From assembly GCF_006345805.1 (NCBI RefSeq), contig NC_042998.1, positions 178,188,001-178,252,000 on the forward strand: 64,000 bases of DNA, written 5' to 3'. The position numbers and the translations under genes were made by a program. The notes under the pieces are model-generated. The model did not search any database. It saw nothing but the letters and a program-made list of their open reading frames with translations, and was not told where the DNA came from. Numbering within the stretch: the first letter of the stretch is position 1; every line of letters starts with the position of its first letter. Positions 50,576 through 63,800 of this stretch are shown here, piece after piece. This DNA is from Octopus sinensis (lineage: Eukaryota).

Positions 50576-52711
50576 TTATGCATTATAAGTAGCGTATATT
50601 TCATGAAAACGTTTTTGTCCAGTTTGGCAGAGGAAATGAGAAGAACATTTTTGTTGGTGCCCTGTCGATGCTTCATGTTACCACCCTGCGCACCACCGGG
50701 CCATGTGCGTGTCTGTGCAGCTGGGTAAAGGCACAACAAACCCATTCATCCATTCTCCAGAAGTGCGCTGTTGATTTTTCACGTTCCAAGTCCTGCGCAA
50801 TGCAGCATGGCCCGGCAGCATGTCTGCTTTCTGCCATCCATATCTGAACTATATAATGTAAAATGTTCATACAAAAAATAAAATAACGAACTTCTGTTGT
50901 GACTCACAGCCATTTGAGTTTAACCGCGTGACCACTTCCGGAAGCTACGCTCGCCACCTGGAATTAGTCAACCCCCCCACACACCTGTGTTCCCCATCGC
51001 GTTTAGTCGGACGAGTAAATAGGTGTCCCAGAAATACTAATGATTTGAGTGAAATTGGGTGCATTTTTTAAAACTCGCTTTTATTTATGTTTATCATGTT
51101 TAATATGTTAAAAGTGTATAAATTTTGAATTTTGTTTATAATTTTATTTTCATTCTTGTTGGATCCCTTTTATTTGTCCATGACAGCTTTTTTCAATTTA
51201 GCAGCAATCTTCCCCAAGATGGAGCAATAGTTTAGCTGAGCTTAAAGAACACATTCGGTTAGCAATGCAGGAGTTATGCTTCAAAATGTGTTTCGCAACG
51301 CTAAGGAGAGATTTGAAGTATGCAGAGATAGAGACATGCTGAAAATTTTCAATAAAAGTTTGATGTAAGACTTGTAAATCTATCTGTTAAAACTGAACCG
51401 GTGAGTGTGTTAATTAATAAGGCATAAAAACAGAATGACTCTCTCCAGACACAACAAAATAACTTTGTAATGTTAACATAAATGGATTTTCTGTTAAGAA
51501 CAAACACAAGACTAGCTATCCAAACTTGCATTCAGCCAGTGAATCAGTCAAACGTGATGAAATAATGTTTATTTCCTTTCCTCCAAATGATAGACTAGCT
51601 TCGATATATGAGGGAACAGAGAGTGATGAGATTCAATTGGTTGAAATGTTGGGCTTTCTGTAGATCTTGAATACATATTTGAAGAAAATTTGGAGCTAAG
51701 ATTATTTAACCAAGAATGTTTGAATAATCATGTTAGATATTTATCGCTGTCTAAAGGGAACATAGTGCTTCTTGGAACTAAAGAAAAGCAATTTACATGA
51801 CCAAAATGTTAAATTTTAATTTGGTAACATGCTTTAAATCATTAGGCTATTGTTATTGCATTATTTGCAATGGCATTAATGAACTCTTGGAGAAACTTGT
51901 CTCAGATTCGTGTAGTATCTGACTTGTGCTTCTTCATTGATTCATTGCGAAGAGGCTGGAAAGTAGTTCTACTATACAATGGAATTGTAAAGCTATAAAT
52001 TTGTAATTGCCTACTCTTGTCCACCGAAAAGAGATAGATCCATAGCATGGATATATTGTTTGGTACCATGTTCATCAATGTAATCTGTAGTACTGTCGTA
52101 ATAGTAAGCATGTTAATAGAAATACAAGTTGTCCTAACAAAATGCTGTTGTTTCTTATGTCTATAAGGACAATCGTACTAGTGAAAGACATTGCCCATTG
52201 TGTCATGCAGCTGGACTGAACTCGAAGGAACGTGGTTGCTTAACCATACAGCCATGATTGCGATTTGTTAAGATGGGGAAAAATTTAGCATTGATAGCAT
52301 CTAAAAGTATTGATAAAGTTTAGAAAAATAAGAACGCACAAACGCACAAAACCCGAAACCACGTAGTTGCAAAGCAAACTTAACCGCATTAACTATAAAA
52401 TAAATTAACCGAAAACCCTCATCCTCAGTGCAGCTGTTTAATAAACCGATGTTGTTCTATTGACTGAGCTGACTGCAACTCTTCCTGAGAGTCGTTCGGA
52501 TTAACAGAAACACGCATGGCAAACTTTTTTTTTTCGTTTCAGCTGATTTTTATCACTGTAAGCCTTCTTCGCAAACCTGAGACCACTTTACTGTATCTTT
52601 GGCAAGGGAATAAAAGAAAAAGTATAAAGTCTTACTGTATTTTGTTAGCAACCCTAGCCTCCATTTACTATCCACTCCACTTGTTAGACGTTCTATTTGC
52701 TGTCAAAAGCC

Positions 52712-53787
52712 GTTAAAGGGTGGGTAGGGATGCCTTGGCTGTTGATGTGCAAGCATGTGCTGAGGTTGAGGCATCTCTGGCTCTACCTGGATGGTGAACG
52801 GGTGTGGTCTCCGCTCGCTAAATGGTTCTTCCCTAGCTTTACTAGTTTTGGTGGTAGATAAAACTGGTTTCGTCGAAGATTGAGGTTGGGTACCTGGTAC
52901 ACAGAGTTCCGCAACTCGAGTAAAGCCTGCGGTTTCGGTACCACCGCGGCTTACTATAGTAGGTTGGTAGAGGCAGGAAATGATGATGCCCTGGAAAGGA
53001 CCCTGGGTCTCGATGACAATCAGTTAGACAGATTGTTCCGAAGAACATTCGGGCCGAAAACATTGGAAAACTTCCAAAAGTCTTTGGCCTGGCAGTATTA
53101 CCGAGGAATCCTACCCATTCGGGATAAGCTCACCAGACATGCCCACCCTGGGCTGTCGGCCTGTCCATGGTACTGGCGGGATGTGGAAACGGTTCCGCAC
53201 GCTATTGTTTAGTGTCCGGGTATATCAAAAGTGTGGACTTATGCAGAACACCTGTTGTCAGATGGGAGAAGAGTACAGCTGTCGTCTGAGTCAATTCTAA
53301 AAATTAACCCACCGGATTTCCTTACGGAAGAAGGTAAGAATTGTTTTCTCGTTGTAGTAGCAATTGCGAGAGAGGTGATATGCAAGTCGAGAATGAAAGG
53401 TACTGTGACAGACAGCTTTGTGTCCGGCCTTACTTTGGTGAATGTTTTCACTTTTCACTTGAAAAAGAAGGTGGGGCAAGAAAGGAGGTGCATGTTCAAA
53501 AAAAGATGGAAGCGTGTAACACGTATGGTGGGAGTGAAAGGCCCTGCGTGAGCACGTCATAGAGGTTACCAAAGGTGTCGGTTGAGAAGACAGGGCTCGT
53601 GGGGTCGGAGCATACCTGTCTTTTAAACTCCGTATTGTCTTTCATTGTATGTTATTGTCTTTTGTGTCCCATTCGATTTTTTTTTTCATTTTGTCATTAT
53701 AAATTTTTATACCATCTGTTGTATATGACGCCCAGATCATATTGTATTGTCCCCTCTATGTGCGCCTGTAATAGGTAATAAAAAAAG
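52712..53787 (+). mobile_element. 5'-truncated L1/Tx1-type LINE (zf-RVT/CCHC end, 3' UTR, short A tail)
   Basis: YYRGILPIRDKL..CPW...ETVPHAIV.CP..SKVW in ORFs 52880-53212 and 53231-53551. AATAAA plus an A-run at about 53777-53786. Confidence 0.8.
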
Positions 53788-53789
53788 CA

Positions 53790-54803
53790 ATCAAACGTTT
53801 GGTGAGGAAACGATCAGTGAGTAGTCAGCTCGAAAATGATTTAAACAATTTCGCAGTGTAGAGCTGAGCCTTGAAGATCGTGAGCGTAGTGGGCGCCCAT
53901 CTGCCATCGATGACGGTCAATTAAAGACCGTCGTTGAGAAAGATCCGCGTAAAACCACTCGAGAACTGGCAAAAGAGCTTCGTGTTAGCCAGAAAACCGC
54001 CAGCAACCATTTGCATACGATCGGAAAATCAAAAAAGCTCGACAAATGGGTACCACACAATTTATATGAAAATCGGAAAATGCGCAGATATGAAATTTGC
54101 TCGTCGCTTCTTCGTAACCAGACCGATCCATTTCTCCACCGTATTGTAACTTGCGATGAAAAGTGGATTCTGTGCAATAATAAAAAGCGTTTCTTCGCAG
54201 TGGTTGAACCAAAATGAAGTATCGAAAACCTTCTCTAAACCCGAGCTCTTCAAAACGAAGATTATGGTGACTGTTTGGTGGTGTACTGCTGGACTCATCC
54301 ACTATAACTTATTAAAAACCCGGAAAAAACATTATTGCAAAAGCATATTGCTATGAAATTGCCAAAATGAACTAAAAATTGGTACTCCTTCGTCCCAGGC
54401 TGGGGAACAGAAGAGGACCAATCATTCTTCATGACAATGCTCGACCACATGTTTCACTAATGACGTTCCAGAAGTTGAGGGAACTTGGCTACGAAGTTCT
54501 TCCTCACCCGCTTATTCCCCAGAACTCTCTCGTACTGACTACCACTTTATCAAGCACCTTTGCGGTTTCTTGTGAGAGAAAGGGTTCAAAAATCAAACCG
54601 ATGCTGAAAGTGTGTTCAAAGAGTTCATCAGCTCAAGAGCTCCAGACTTTTCTGTTATCGAATAAACAAACATGTAATACGTTAGCAAAAGTGTGTTGAT
54701 TGTAATGGTACTTACATTGATGAATAAAATTTCTGCATTGATGAAATACATCGTGATGAATTTCATGTTTGAAAAGGTTGCTTACTTTTTACTCGGCCTA
54801 ATA
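53790..54803 (+). mobile_element. 5'-truncated degraded mariner transposon
   Basis: WVPHNL, HRIVTCDEKW and [10 protein letters not shown] motifs in frameshifted ORFs. Right terminus TTTTACTCGGCCTAA followed by TA. Confidence 0.88.
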
Positions 54804-55193
54804 GAACTGCAGTCGGAGATAACACTGAAATGCCGGAGCGCATAAAATTACACCAAACAACAAGCCAATAAGAGAACGCACAAACAGCAACGTAAATATC
54901 GCAATAACAACAATACTTGTCTCAATAAATGTATGACTAAATGGTTACGAAGTTTGTTTTGCGGCAATGTGGTACCGGGTTTGATCCCACTGCGTCATAT
55001 TTTGATTCAAATGCTATTTTCTATGGCTTTAGATCGGTCCATATCTTACGAGTGTATTTTGGTAGGCAGAAACTATACAAAAACACGTCGGAGAGATTGA
55101 ACAAGTAATTCAAAAGTATATCATTGTTACACAATGTATCGCGCTGATCCTAGCTTAGAAGTGTGTTAAGAGTGCACGTCTATCTTGAATATA

Positions 55194-56467
55194 TTGGGTT
55201 GTCCGGAGAGTTCGTGCCGATTTTTAAAGGAAAGAAAAAGGTCAATAAATACTTGCCATTACATTTTTAATCAACCAAATATGAACCACTTTGTTGCACA
55301 ATGCATCTCCATCATTCCTTTAACTTGAAAATACCCTCTCCCAGAATTGAGGTGGTTTCATGGCAAAGAATTCATCAAGGTATCTTTTTACATCATCCAA
55401 GGAATTGAAATTTTTTACCATTAAGACTATTCTGCAGAGACCTGAATAAGTGGAAATCCGAAGGAGCAATGCCTGGTGAATATGGAGGGTGGGGAAACAC
55501 ATCCCAGCCGATCTGCAGCAATTTTTGTCTGGTTCCCAAAGAAACGTGCGGTTTTGCATTATCATGTTGGAAAACAACACCCTTCCTGTTGGCCAATTCT
55601 GGACGTTTCTCTTGAATTGCTGCTTTTAACTCGTCCAGTTGTGTGCAGTATTTCTCAGAATTAATTGTCTGGTTACTTGGAAGAAGCTCATAGTACAGAA
55701 TTCCTTTCCAATCCCACCAGACACAAAGCAAGACTTTTTTAGGGTGAAGACCCGCTTTTGGGGTGGCTCATGTCGCTTACTCCAGGATCGCTTTCTCTGA
55801 ACATTTCGAGAGATAATCCATTTCTCATCCCTTGTCACAATTTGCTTTAAAAAAAAGCGCGTTTTCATTCCGTTTATAAAGCGAATCACAGATGGAAATG
55901 TGATCCAAAAGGTTCTTCTCACTCAACTCATGAGGTACCCAAACATCTAAGCGAATTGTGTACTCAAGCTTTACCAGGTGCTCATGAACGACGGATTTTG
56001 ATAGGTTGAGGCTTTCTGCCAATTCTCGGGTTGTGCAATGTGGGTTATTCTCAGTTAATGACTTGATTTGTTCATCATCTGAAGTGGATGGTCTTCCTGA
56101 TCGCTCTTTATCAATAAGGCTACAATCTCCAGGTCGGAACCTTGCGAACCACTTCTGTAGAGTTCTTTCGGATAACGAAACATCACCATAAACTGCGCAT
56201 ATTTCTTTGGTTGCTTGTGAAGCATTTTTCCCTTTACGGAAAAAAAAAGCATCAAGTGCCAAAAATGAACATTCTTATTTTCCATTTTAAAGGATTACAG
56301 AATTAACACAGGTTATAGGAACATAAGCCTTCTTCCACGAAAAGATAGCTTAAACTGTGCTCTAAATGGAGCTGTTGTCAAATCCTATTTTATGGACTCA
56401 ACCATATTCTAAAATAAGTTGAAATGTAAGCTACTATAAATCGGCACGAACTTTCCGGACAACCCAA
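55194..56467 (-). mobile_element. Full-length (1274 bp) frameshifted mariner element with TIRs and TA duplication
   Basis: 30-bp TIRs TTGGGTTGTCCGGA(G/A)AGTTCGTGCCGATTT (55194-55223, 56438-56467, one mismatch) with TA on each side. Motifs WVPHEL, TRDEKW, HDNAKPH and YSPGIAPSDFHLF. Confidence 0.95.
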
Positions 56468-57319
56468 TACATCTCCTTACTCTCTAATTGGATAAACAGG
56501 TAATTAGTTGATCAGAAAACATAACTAAATTTTCATTGTCGAAACCTACGGAAATCTACCCATATATGTTTGTATACGTTCCCACACACACACACACACA
56601 CATTAATTTATATATATCCAATGATCATATCACTTTACATCCATTTTCCACTGGAAATACAACAATAATTATCCAAATTCTTTCATGACATTTAGCAGTC
56701 CATCTGTCTTTTGCACACATATAGTTTCGTAATATAAAGAGCAGGTGGTTTGATGTATTTCAAATAGCGTCGAAGGAAACACTTTATAGTAAATGAATAA
56801 ATTACTTCAGAATAAAATTTGCTTTTCATCAATTTGAAATAGATAAACTAAGCAGCAGATATATACTAAATAGATTGAGGCCACTCTACACAACGCTTAT
56901 ACAAAATTGGATTTGTGTCAAGTCAAGAGAAATCAATATACAATACGGTTTGAAGCTTGTTCACTATATTTTCAGTTAAAAGGCCTGGAGAAATTCCATT
57001 ATAGAAACAAAGTAAAAAGTCTGAGGCAATGAGTTAAAGACATTTCAGAACTTCTTACAATATTCATTCACATCCGACTCTGGACTCAAATAACGGATTT
57101 AGTTTGTCGTTAATCCCTCAAAAAGTCGATTAACAAAATACTTGTTTCATAAAAATTGGGTTAAAGATGGTAGTTGCCAAAATCACTGAAACTGGACCTT
57201 ATAGTATTTAGTTATGTTCCGATACGTGTAAACCTCTCTGGATTGGATAAACAAAATAAATAATAGTAATGTATTAACAATCGATTTAATCGACTTATAC
57301 CCTTTCGTTATAAATATGT

Positions 57320-57690
57320 CGTGGCACTCCGTCGGTTACGACGACGAGGGTTCCAGTTGATCCGATCAACGTAACAGCCTGCTCGTGAAATTAACGTGTA
57401 AGTGACTGAGCACTCCGCAGACACGTGTACCTTTAACGTAGTTCTCGGGGAGATTCAGCGTGACACAGAGTGTGACAAGGCTGGTCCTTTGAAATACAGG
57501 TGCAACAGAAACAGGAAGAAACAGTGAAGGTTGTGGTGAAAGAGTACAGCGGGGTTCGCTGTCACCCTCTGCTGGAGCCTCGTGGAGCTTTAGGTGTTTT
57601 CGCTCAATAAACACTCACAACGCCCGGTCTGAGAACCGAAACTGCGATCCTATGACCGCGAGTCCGCTGTCCTAACCACTGAGACAATGC
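57320..57690 (-). mobile_element. tRNA-derived SINE (sister of 3249-3637)
   Basis: Colinear with 3259-3637 over its length. Confidence 0.85.
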
Positions 57691-57900
57691 ACCTTATAGG
57701 AAATGCCTATAAATATGTAGTAATAAATGAAATCAGTTTATTATAGAGACTTAGTCGACTGTTTTCTCTCTCTTTTAGAAATTGGATTTGTATCTGATCA
57801 AAAAAAAATCATAAAGTAAGCGAAGGAATATGTAGAAAACGAACTTTTGATCTTAGCATATTAATAAATCGCAATATATTAAGATGAACCATTAAAAAAG

Positions 57901-57950
57901 TAACCAATCACAATATACTTATTTATTTAAATTGGTTCTATTCAGCGGCG
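57901..57950 (+). promoter_or_regulatory. Candidate promoter: two opposed CCAAT boxes upstream of the BTB gene
   Basis: AACCAATCA (CCAAT at 57904-57908) and ATTGGTT (57931-57937), about 100 bp upstream of a consensus donor site. Motif-only evidence. Confidence 0.35.
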
Positions 57951-58040
57951 TTACGTTACGAAAGTATATTACGACTTAGAGGACACGAAATCAGAATTCG
58001 TTTTAATATTGTAGCTGCGGTAACACTAATTCAATCAAGG

Positions 58041-58515
58041 GTGAGTTTATATCTATTTTTATGCTTACAGAAAATGATTTTTGTGTGTAATATTTCTTTT
58101 TCTGACATTAAATCAACATGGAAAAAATTTCTGAACTTCGAGGGAATTTTCTAAATCAATATAACAATGTAACCATGAACGTCATTTTTTAACCCGTCGA
58201 TGTATATCCTGATATATCTGTCTGTTATAGAAATCACTTCAATTACTTTTTTTTCCTTTACCTTGTGGACGATAAAGTATATTCTTGTTTCCTAATACTG
58301 TGGAGATTGTGATCATTCTTTAATAAATTTTTCCGTAGATAACTAGCATATAACCCTCTGTACACACACTTTTTTTTCAAACTGAAACTAATCAAATGTG
58401 AATGCTTCCAAAAACTTCTCTTTAATGTTAAAATACTGTGTTTACTGAAACTAAACTTTGTGTTTTACCTCATCTGTAGCAAAGCATATTAAACTATCTT
58501 AGCATTTATTTTCAG
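58041..58515 (+). other. Probable 5' UTR intron of the BTB gene
   Basis: Donor AAGG|GTGAGT at 58041 and acceptor ATTTATTTTCAG| at 58515, 18 nt upstream of ATG 58534. Confidence 0.6.
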
Positions 58516-58533
58516 ACATCTTCAGTTAAAAAT

Positions 58534-60864
58534 ATGGACTGTCCTGATAATCCCGAGAATGCATCGTTAAGAAGATGGTATAGGAATTTGAGAACCAGCA
58601 GCCCATATACTACGTATCTATCTACGCTATTGAAAGCGGGCTTCCTCTGTGATGTTTACTTGAAGGTTGAGGAAACTGTTATTCCAGTACATCGCATTAT
58701 CTTGGCATCTATTAGTAAATACTTCAAGAAACTGTTTGAAAATAAAGCACTAATGGATAACACTCTAGATCTGACTTCGCAAATTGAAGATGCTGATATT
58801 CTAAAGATTATGGTTAAGTATATCTACGATGGAGAGGTAACATTAACTCACAGTTCTGCTTTTATGTTACTTAATGCCCTCAGTCATATTGATATCAGAT
58901 ATTTAAGAAAGCATTGTGAACAGTTTCTGTTCGATCGACTGCGACCTATTTTCGTATTTCCAACCTGGGAATTAGCTTGGCGTCACAGTTTGCATGAACT
59001 TGCGGCTGTATGCTTTGTTCTTTGTCGTGAAACGCTCTGTAATCAAGTTCTGCGGAGTAAATATATAAAATATTTGTCTATAGAATTTATAGAATTTATT
59101 ATCGACTGCGACCTCACCATCGATTTTAACTCGGCTGTTTTTATGAAACTTCTGATTAACTGGTTATCTCATGAGTCCTCTGATCGCTACCCAAATGTGA
59201 AAAGTATAGTAAAAAAAATTCTTTGGAATAGACCACTTTATGAAGAACAAGTACTTGATATTGAAACATTTTTGTTCCCTTATGACGAAGATTTAAAAAA
59301 GCTAGTTAATGATTCTATTAGTTCCGTAATGCAAGAAAACTTATACAGCATTTCAAAAGATCTTGAACCGAGTGAAGAAATTGTTGCTGAAAAGTTTGCT
59401 GAATCACAAAGCCAAGAAGCAGATGAGGTTTTTTGCGAAGATCAGGCTGCAAGTAATAAACGCACATTTTCGATTCAAGATGTGTATTTTGGAGAAAGCG
59501 CTTGTTGTATAAATTATGTAAATCCGTTGACATGCTCCTTAAACATTGGGGCGACGCAGTCTATGATTAAATCAAAGTTTACAATAGAATACCGATGCAC
59601 TCAAGATTCTTTACTCGAAGAAAATCTGCTATCTGAAGCGTTGCAACAACAGCCGTTAGATATCCGAAAAACTTCTGATCCAAACTGGAGTATTATTATT
59701 CAAGAGTCAGATAACCAAGTAATGGCATTATATTGTTCAAATAGTGAAAATTGGTATAGTTCTAATATGCCTAAATCTATAAAAAATACAGTCGGTTTTC
59801 TAAATGGCGAGCTTGTCTGTAGGCACGAGCGTTCTGGAATATTGATATATAATCTAAAATTGATGAATTGGAGAATTTTACAGCCACCTCCTCTAGCGAT
59901 AGCTGCTGAGGAGGAATACATTTCATGTTTAACTAATTCGCAAGCAATTGTCTTCACTTGCTCTGGGTCGTTATATTCAGTTTGTGCTCTCCGACATCGA
60001 AAAAAGAAAGGTTTTAGAATAATTGTTAATGAATGGAACCTTGAGGAAGATACGTGGAATTGTAAAATATCTTTGCGTCCAAATAGGCATGAAGGTTCTG
60101 TTATGTCGGTATCACTTGGAGTCAAAACATCAACAGGTACGTACGTCTATCTTATGGCATCAGCTACAATACGTAGGATGAAATTATCCGGAGAGTTGAA
60201 AAAATTTGCTTTAAATGAGTCCAATATAAAAGTTAGCATGGAACCGAATGAAATATTTTATGTATACAAAATTAATATGAAGTCTTTGATATGCGAAGAG
60301 CTTGGATATCGTTTCAGTGAACCAGCACATCTTGAGAATGTCCCATCAATCATCCTAGAAGATCGTATAATCTTTATCCTTGATGTGTATGAAACAGTTC
60401 AAGAAAACTTTGAAATGTCTTTTAAGACACGTTCGCAGTTCCCCATAGATACCCTGGTACTGTATCATGAAATGAATCTTTGGAGGAGAGTTAAGTTGTT
60501 ATTGCCTCTACCCCCCTTCTATGACATGCCAGTTAGGAGAATTGACAGAAAAATTTATTCTACCGCACATATTTCATTTTTTAAAAAATTCATGTTACTA
60601 GGACTACATCGAACTCCACACGTATATCAAATTGCTATTTATGATATAGCACGCTTACAAATTACTGTTCTCAGCCCTGCGCCACTTCCAGCAGTCGGGA
60701 CTATGATGATGACTGCAGTTGATAATCATCAGCCTATAAACAAGATAACAAATGAATATGCTAAAGACGTCGACCTGATACCTTATCACTTCTCTCACTG
60801 GCAATTGAGAAACTGGTATGGAATTATTGACCGAACTGAGAAAGCCACAGCCTACGGTAGTTAA
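58534..60864 (+). CDS. 776-aa BTB/POZ-BACK protein with a divergent kelch-like C-terminal region; single coding exon
   Basis: Uninterrupted 2331-bp ORF in AT-rich DNA. BTB motif LCDVYLKVEETVIPVHRIILASISKYFKKLF, then IMVKYIYDGEV and LRKHCEQFL; BACK-like LSIEFIEFII..VFMKLLINWL; repeated Y...W motifs (IYNLKLMNWRILQPP, EWNLEEDTW, LYHEMNLW). Confidence 0.9.
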   Translation: MDCPDNPENASLRRWYRNLRTSSPYTTYLSTLLKAGFLCDVYLKVEETVIPVHRIILASISKYFKKLFENKALMDNTLDLTSQIEDADILKIMVKYIYDGEVTLTHSSAFMLLNALSHIDIRYLRKHCEQFLFDRLRPIFVFPTWELAWRHSLHELAAVCFVLCRETLCNQVLRSKYIKYLSIEFIEFIIDCDLTIDFNSAVFMKLLINWLSHESSDRYPNVKSIVKKILWNRPLYEEQVLDIETFLFPYDEDLKKLVNDSISSVMQENLYSISKDLEPSEEIVAEKFAESQSQEADEVFCEDQAASNKRTFSIQDVYFGESACCINYVNPLTCSLNIGATQSMIKSKFTIEYRCTQDSLLEENLLSEALQQQPLDIRKTSDPNWSIIIQESDNQVMALYCSNSENWYSSNMPKSIKNTVGFLNGELVCRHERSGILIYNLKLMNWRILQPPPLAIAAEEEYISCLTNSQAIVFTCSGSLYSVCALRHRKKKGFRIIVNEWNLEEDTWNCKISLRPNRHEGSVMSVSLGVKTSTGTYVYLMASATIRRMKLSGELKKFALNESNIKVSMEPNEIFYVYKINMKSLICEELGYRFSEPAHLENVPSIILEDRIIFILDVYETVQENFEMSFKTRSQFPIDTLVLYHEMNLWRRVKLLLPLPPFYDMPVRRIDRKIYSTAHISFFKKFMLLGLHRTPHVYQIAIYDIARLQITVLSPAPLPAVGTMMMTAVDNHQPINKITNEYAKDVDLIPYHFSHWQLRNWYGIIDRTEKATAYGS

Positions 60865-62699
60865 GTTGGTTTTATTTTAGTATCAATTCATAAGCGAACA
60901 CTAAATATTTTTACTTGCGCACGCATACGCTGCCTTGGAAGCTACTTCCAAGACTATGCTATACATAAAATGAATTTAATCATGGTATTATTTATCTTCT
61001 AATCATTTGATAGAGGAGCCATGACTATTCAATGTTTTGAAGAACGGACAGTTTGAATTTCTAAAAGACTTTTAGTCACCTGTTACAGCTTACCAGATTG
61101 AATTTCTTTACAAGACGAATACAGTAGATTATGGTTCAATCAGAGAGCATTATACGTGTTATCTTAATGTTGTGCTTGATTTCTTCTCAATACCTCCTTG
61201 AAAAGCCTACCACTCTCGGAATAAGAGTAACATACTTCTCTGGAAAAGATGGCATAGTTATTATGAACTAGAAGCTAAGGAGATTCCAGTAATTTTTTAA
61301 AAATTATTGTTATAGAGAGCAGTGACATGTATTTCTTTTGTTTCTAAAGAAACTCTTCAAATTCAGTAAACATCTATATACGGAGTATTGGATGCAATCT
61401 TAGACAACATCACTGAAAGCTATATTCTTTATACATTTATCAACACTTCCTGAGTTACATCTATTTTTCACTTTGTCAAAAAGTAAATCGCATGGAACGA
61501 AATCGAAGATCTGTATTCTTCTGCTGCTGTATGACTTAAATTTTTATGAAAGCTTAATACACTGTATTACATTTTTCCTTTTTTTTTTTTTTACCATATC
61601 AGAAAAGTTCACATGGCTAGACTTGAACCCACAGTCCCAATGACAAGTATAGTACCTGTTCTATCGCTTCGTAACCATTTTCGGTTCCATTGCGTAGAAC
61701 CCTTCGCAGATTTCTTCCCTAGTTTTGAGTTATTTCATTGACTGGAATTTGAACAGAAACCATATGATAGCGAGACAAATACGTACTAATAAAATAAGTA
61801 TAAAACTAATTATTGGGGGTCGTTATGTTCGAATAAACCCATGGAGATGCACTAGCCGTAGTCCTATAACCGGTAAAAGACTACATAAAATTTTAACTAT
61901 TCAGTTTTACAAATGATATTAATGCCATAGTAAATAAATTACTTGAAGTCGTTTGTGTGACGTTATATAGTGTCTTTTTAAGACCTAGTGAAGTCTATCG
62001 CTTTCCAGATTTGAAGTAGATTTCTTTCGAAAAGAGATAAAAAGGTATCGCCCCCCCCCCCCCCTCCCACAGGCCTGATACTTTATCATCCTTAAAAAAT
62101 AAGCTGGTCTCGGTAGTTCTTACGAGAACCTTTCGCCACGTTCAATCCTTAACGTTACAGTAACTAACTAGACCTCACCAGGTTATGTTAATTACCCTTA
62201 AAGGGGCAAAAAAAAAAACAACTTAATATTGTAGAAACAGTAGCAAGAACACTCTTAGAATTATAATTCTTAAGGTGAACCATATCAATTAACTCATGGG
62301 AGTGAAAACTGGATGTTCAGTTACTATTTATACATGACTTAGTATATTTTAAAATGTGCCACTGAAATTCTTTAACATTGTTACAAGGCAATATAGAGAA
62401 CAAATGGTGTTGGTGCGGTTTTGAGGCTGGACTGGTAACCTGTAGTTGTATGTGGCCAATGATACCCGACATGGTTTCTTGGAACGAGACTGGATGTAGA
62501 ATAAGCTAAACGTGAATTTCTGTACTGCAGGTGGAGATAATATAGTGAACAATGTTAGCGCTAAATTTTCACTTGGTCGCGTTATATTAAATTGTTGAAA
62601 CTCAGTTTAGAAACCTTTAGATATTACTGCATATTTTCAGTTTAAAAGAAAAAGGTCATTTACTTTTAGGAATTCAGTGGTTTAAATTAATTACGGAAG

Positions 62700-63800
62700 C
62701 TATTATAGAGCTAATAGTTGTGATCAGGCTTGTGAGCTAAGAGACACTTAACATATGACGTTTGAATGAAATATATACCCACACATACGTGAATATATTC
62801 CTCGGTATGAGGAGAGAGGGAGATGTTTGTGCCAGTAACGCGTGTTTTTTTTTTCTGCCTTCAACCCTCCAACTCGGAGTATAGGCCACTTATAATTGAA
62901 TTCCATGTCGCATAAGTTTTTGCTTCTGTACTTATATTGTGCCATGAATGCCCCCCCCCCCGCTTCTAGTTCCTTTTGTGTTGATCTACACCACGAGTTC
63001 TTAGACCTACCTATCTTTCTATATTCACCCGGATCCCACTGTAAAGCACTTTTCGCTACATTTGGTGTGTCTTTTCTAATTGTGCTACCAATCCACTTCC
63101 ACTTTTTCTTAAATATTTGCTCCCTAATCGAAACTTGATTTGTTCTTTGCCATAGCTCTATATTGCTTATGTGTTCAGGCCATCTAATTTTAAGTATACT
63201 ACGCAAGCAACTGTTGATGAATGATTGTATTTGCTCATTTGACTTAACTGTTGTTCGCCATGCCTCAGCCCCATACAATAACACCGCTTTTACGTTAGTA
63301 TTTATTCACGCGTAATGAATAAATTTAGTCTTGTTCTCTCTACCACCTATCTTTATGTGTATGCGAATATTTTTGCGCACCAAAATATGTCACTAAACAG
63401 GTTGAATGTCCAGTCAGCTGCGCTAAATCTGCGTCCAAGTAGCTGCGCCCAGCCGTCTTTCGTTTCGAAGGTAGAGAAACCTGTGGAAATGTTAAGACGC
63501 ATTTATGAATATACATACCCTAAACTGTTCACTACTCTTGACTTGTTTAGTCTCTAATTGGATTATTACTGACAACTCGTGGAATTCTGATTGCAGGTCA
63601 ATGACTTTACTTTCTTAGCTTGTGTTGACTTGAGTTACATCTTGGCATCTTTGACTACAGAACAGGTCTTAGATGGCTTAACTGGTATTAAAATATAATA
63701 AACAGCAGGGTTCCACATACGCTGCAAAGTGAGTTATAAAAATTTGATCGACATAGTATCCAAGGAATATGTAGAAAAAGCTTCCTATAAAATCTTAATA
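62700..63800 (-). mobile_element. RTE-type LINE 3' RT fragment
   Basis: ORF 62748-63284: LLYGAEAWRTT..FINSCLRSILKIRWPEHISNIELWQRT..KWKWIG. Decayed RT continues upstream on the minus strand. Confidence 0.85.

Noticed and set aside
50580-51350. Possible DNA-transposon fragment with GC-richer sequence
   Set aside because: Looks repeat-derived, but I could not identify a catalytic motif or paired termini, so no call is made.
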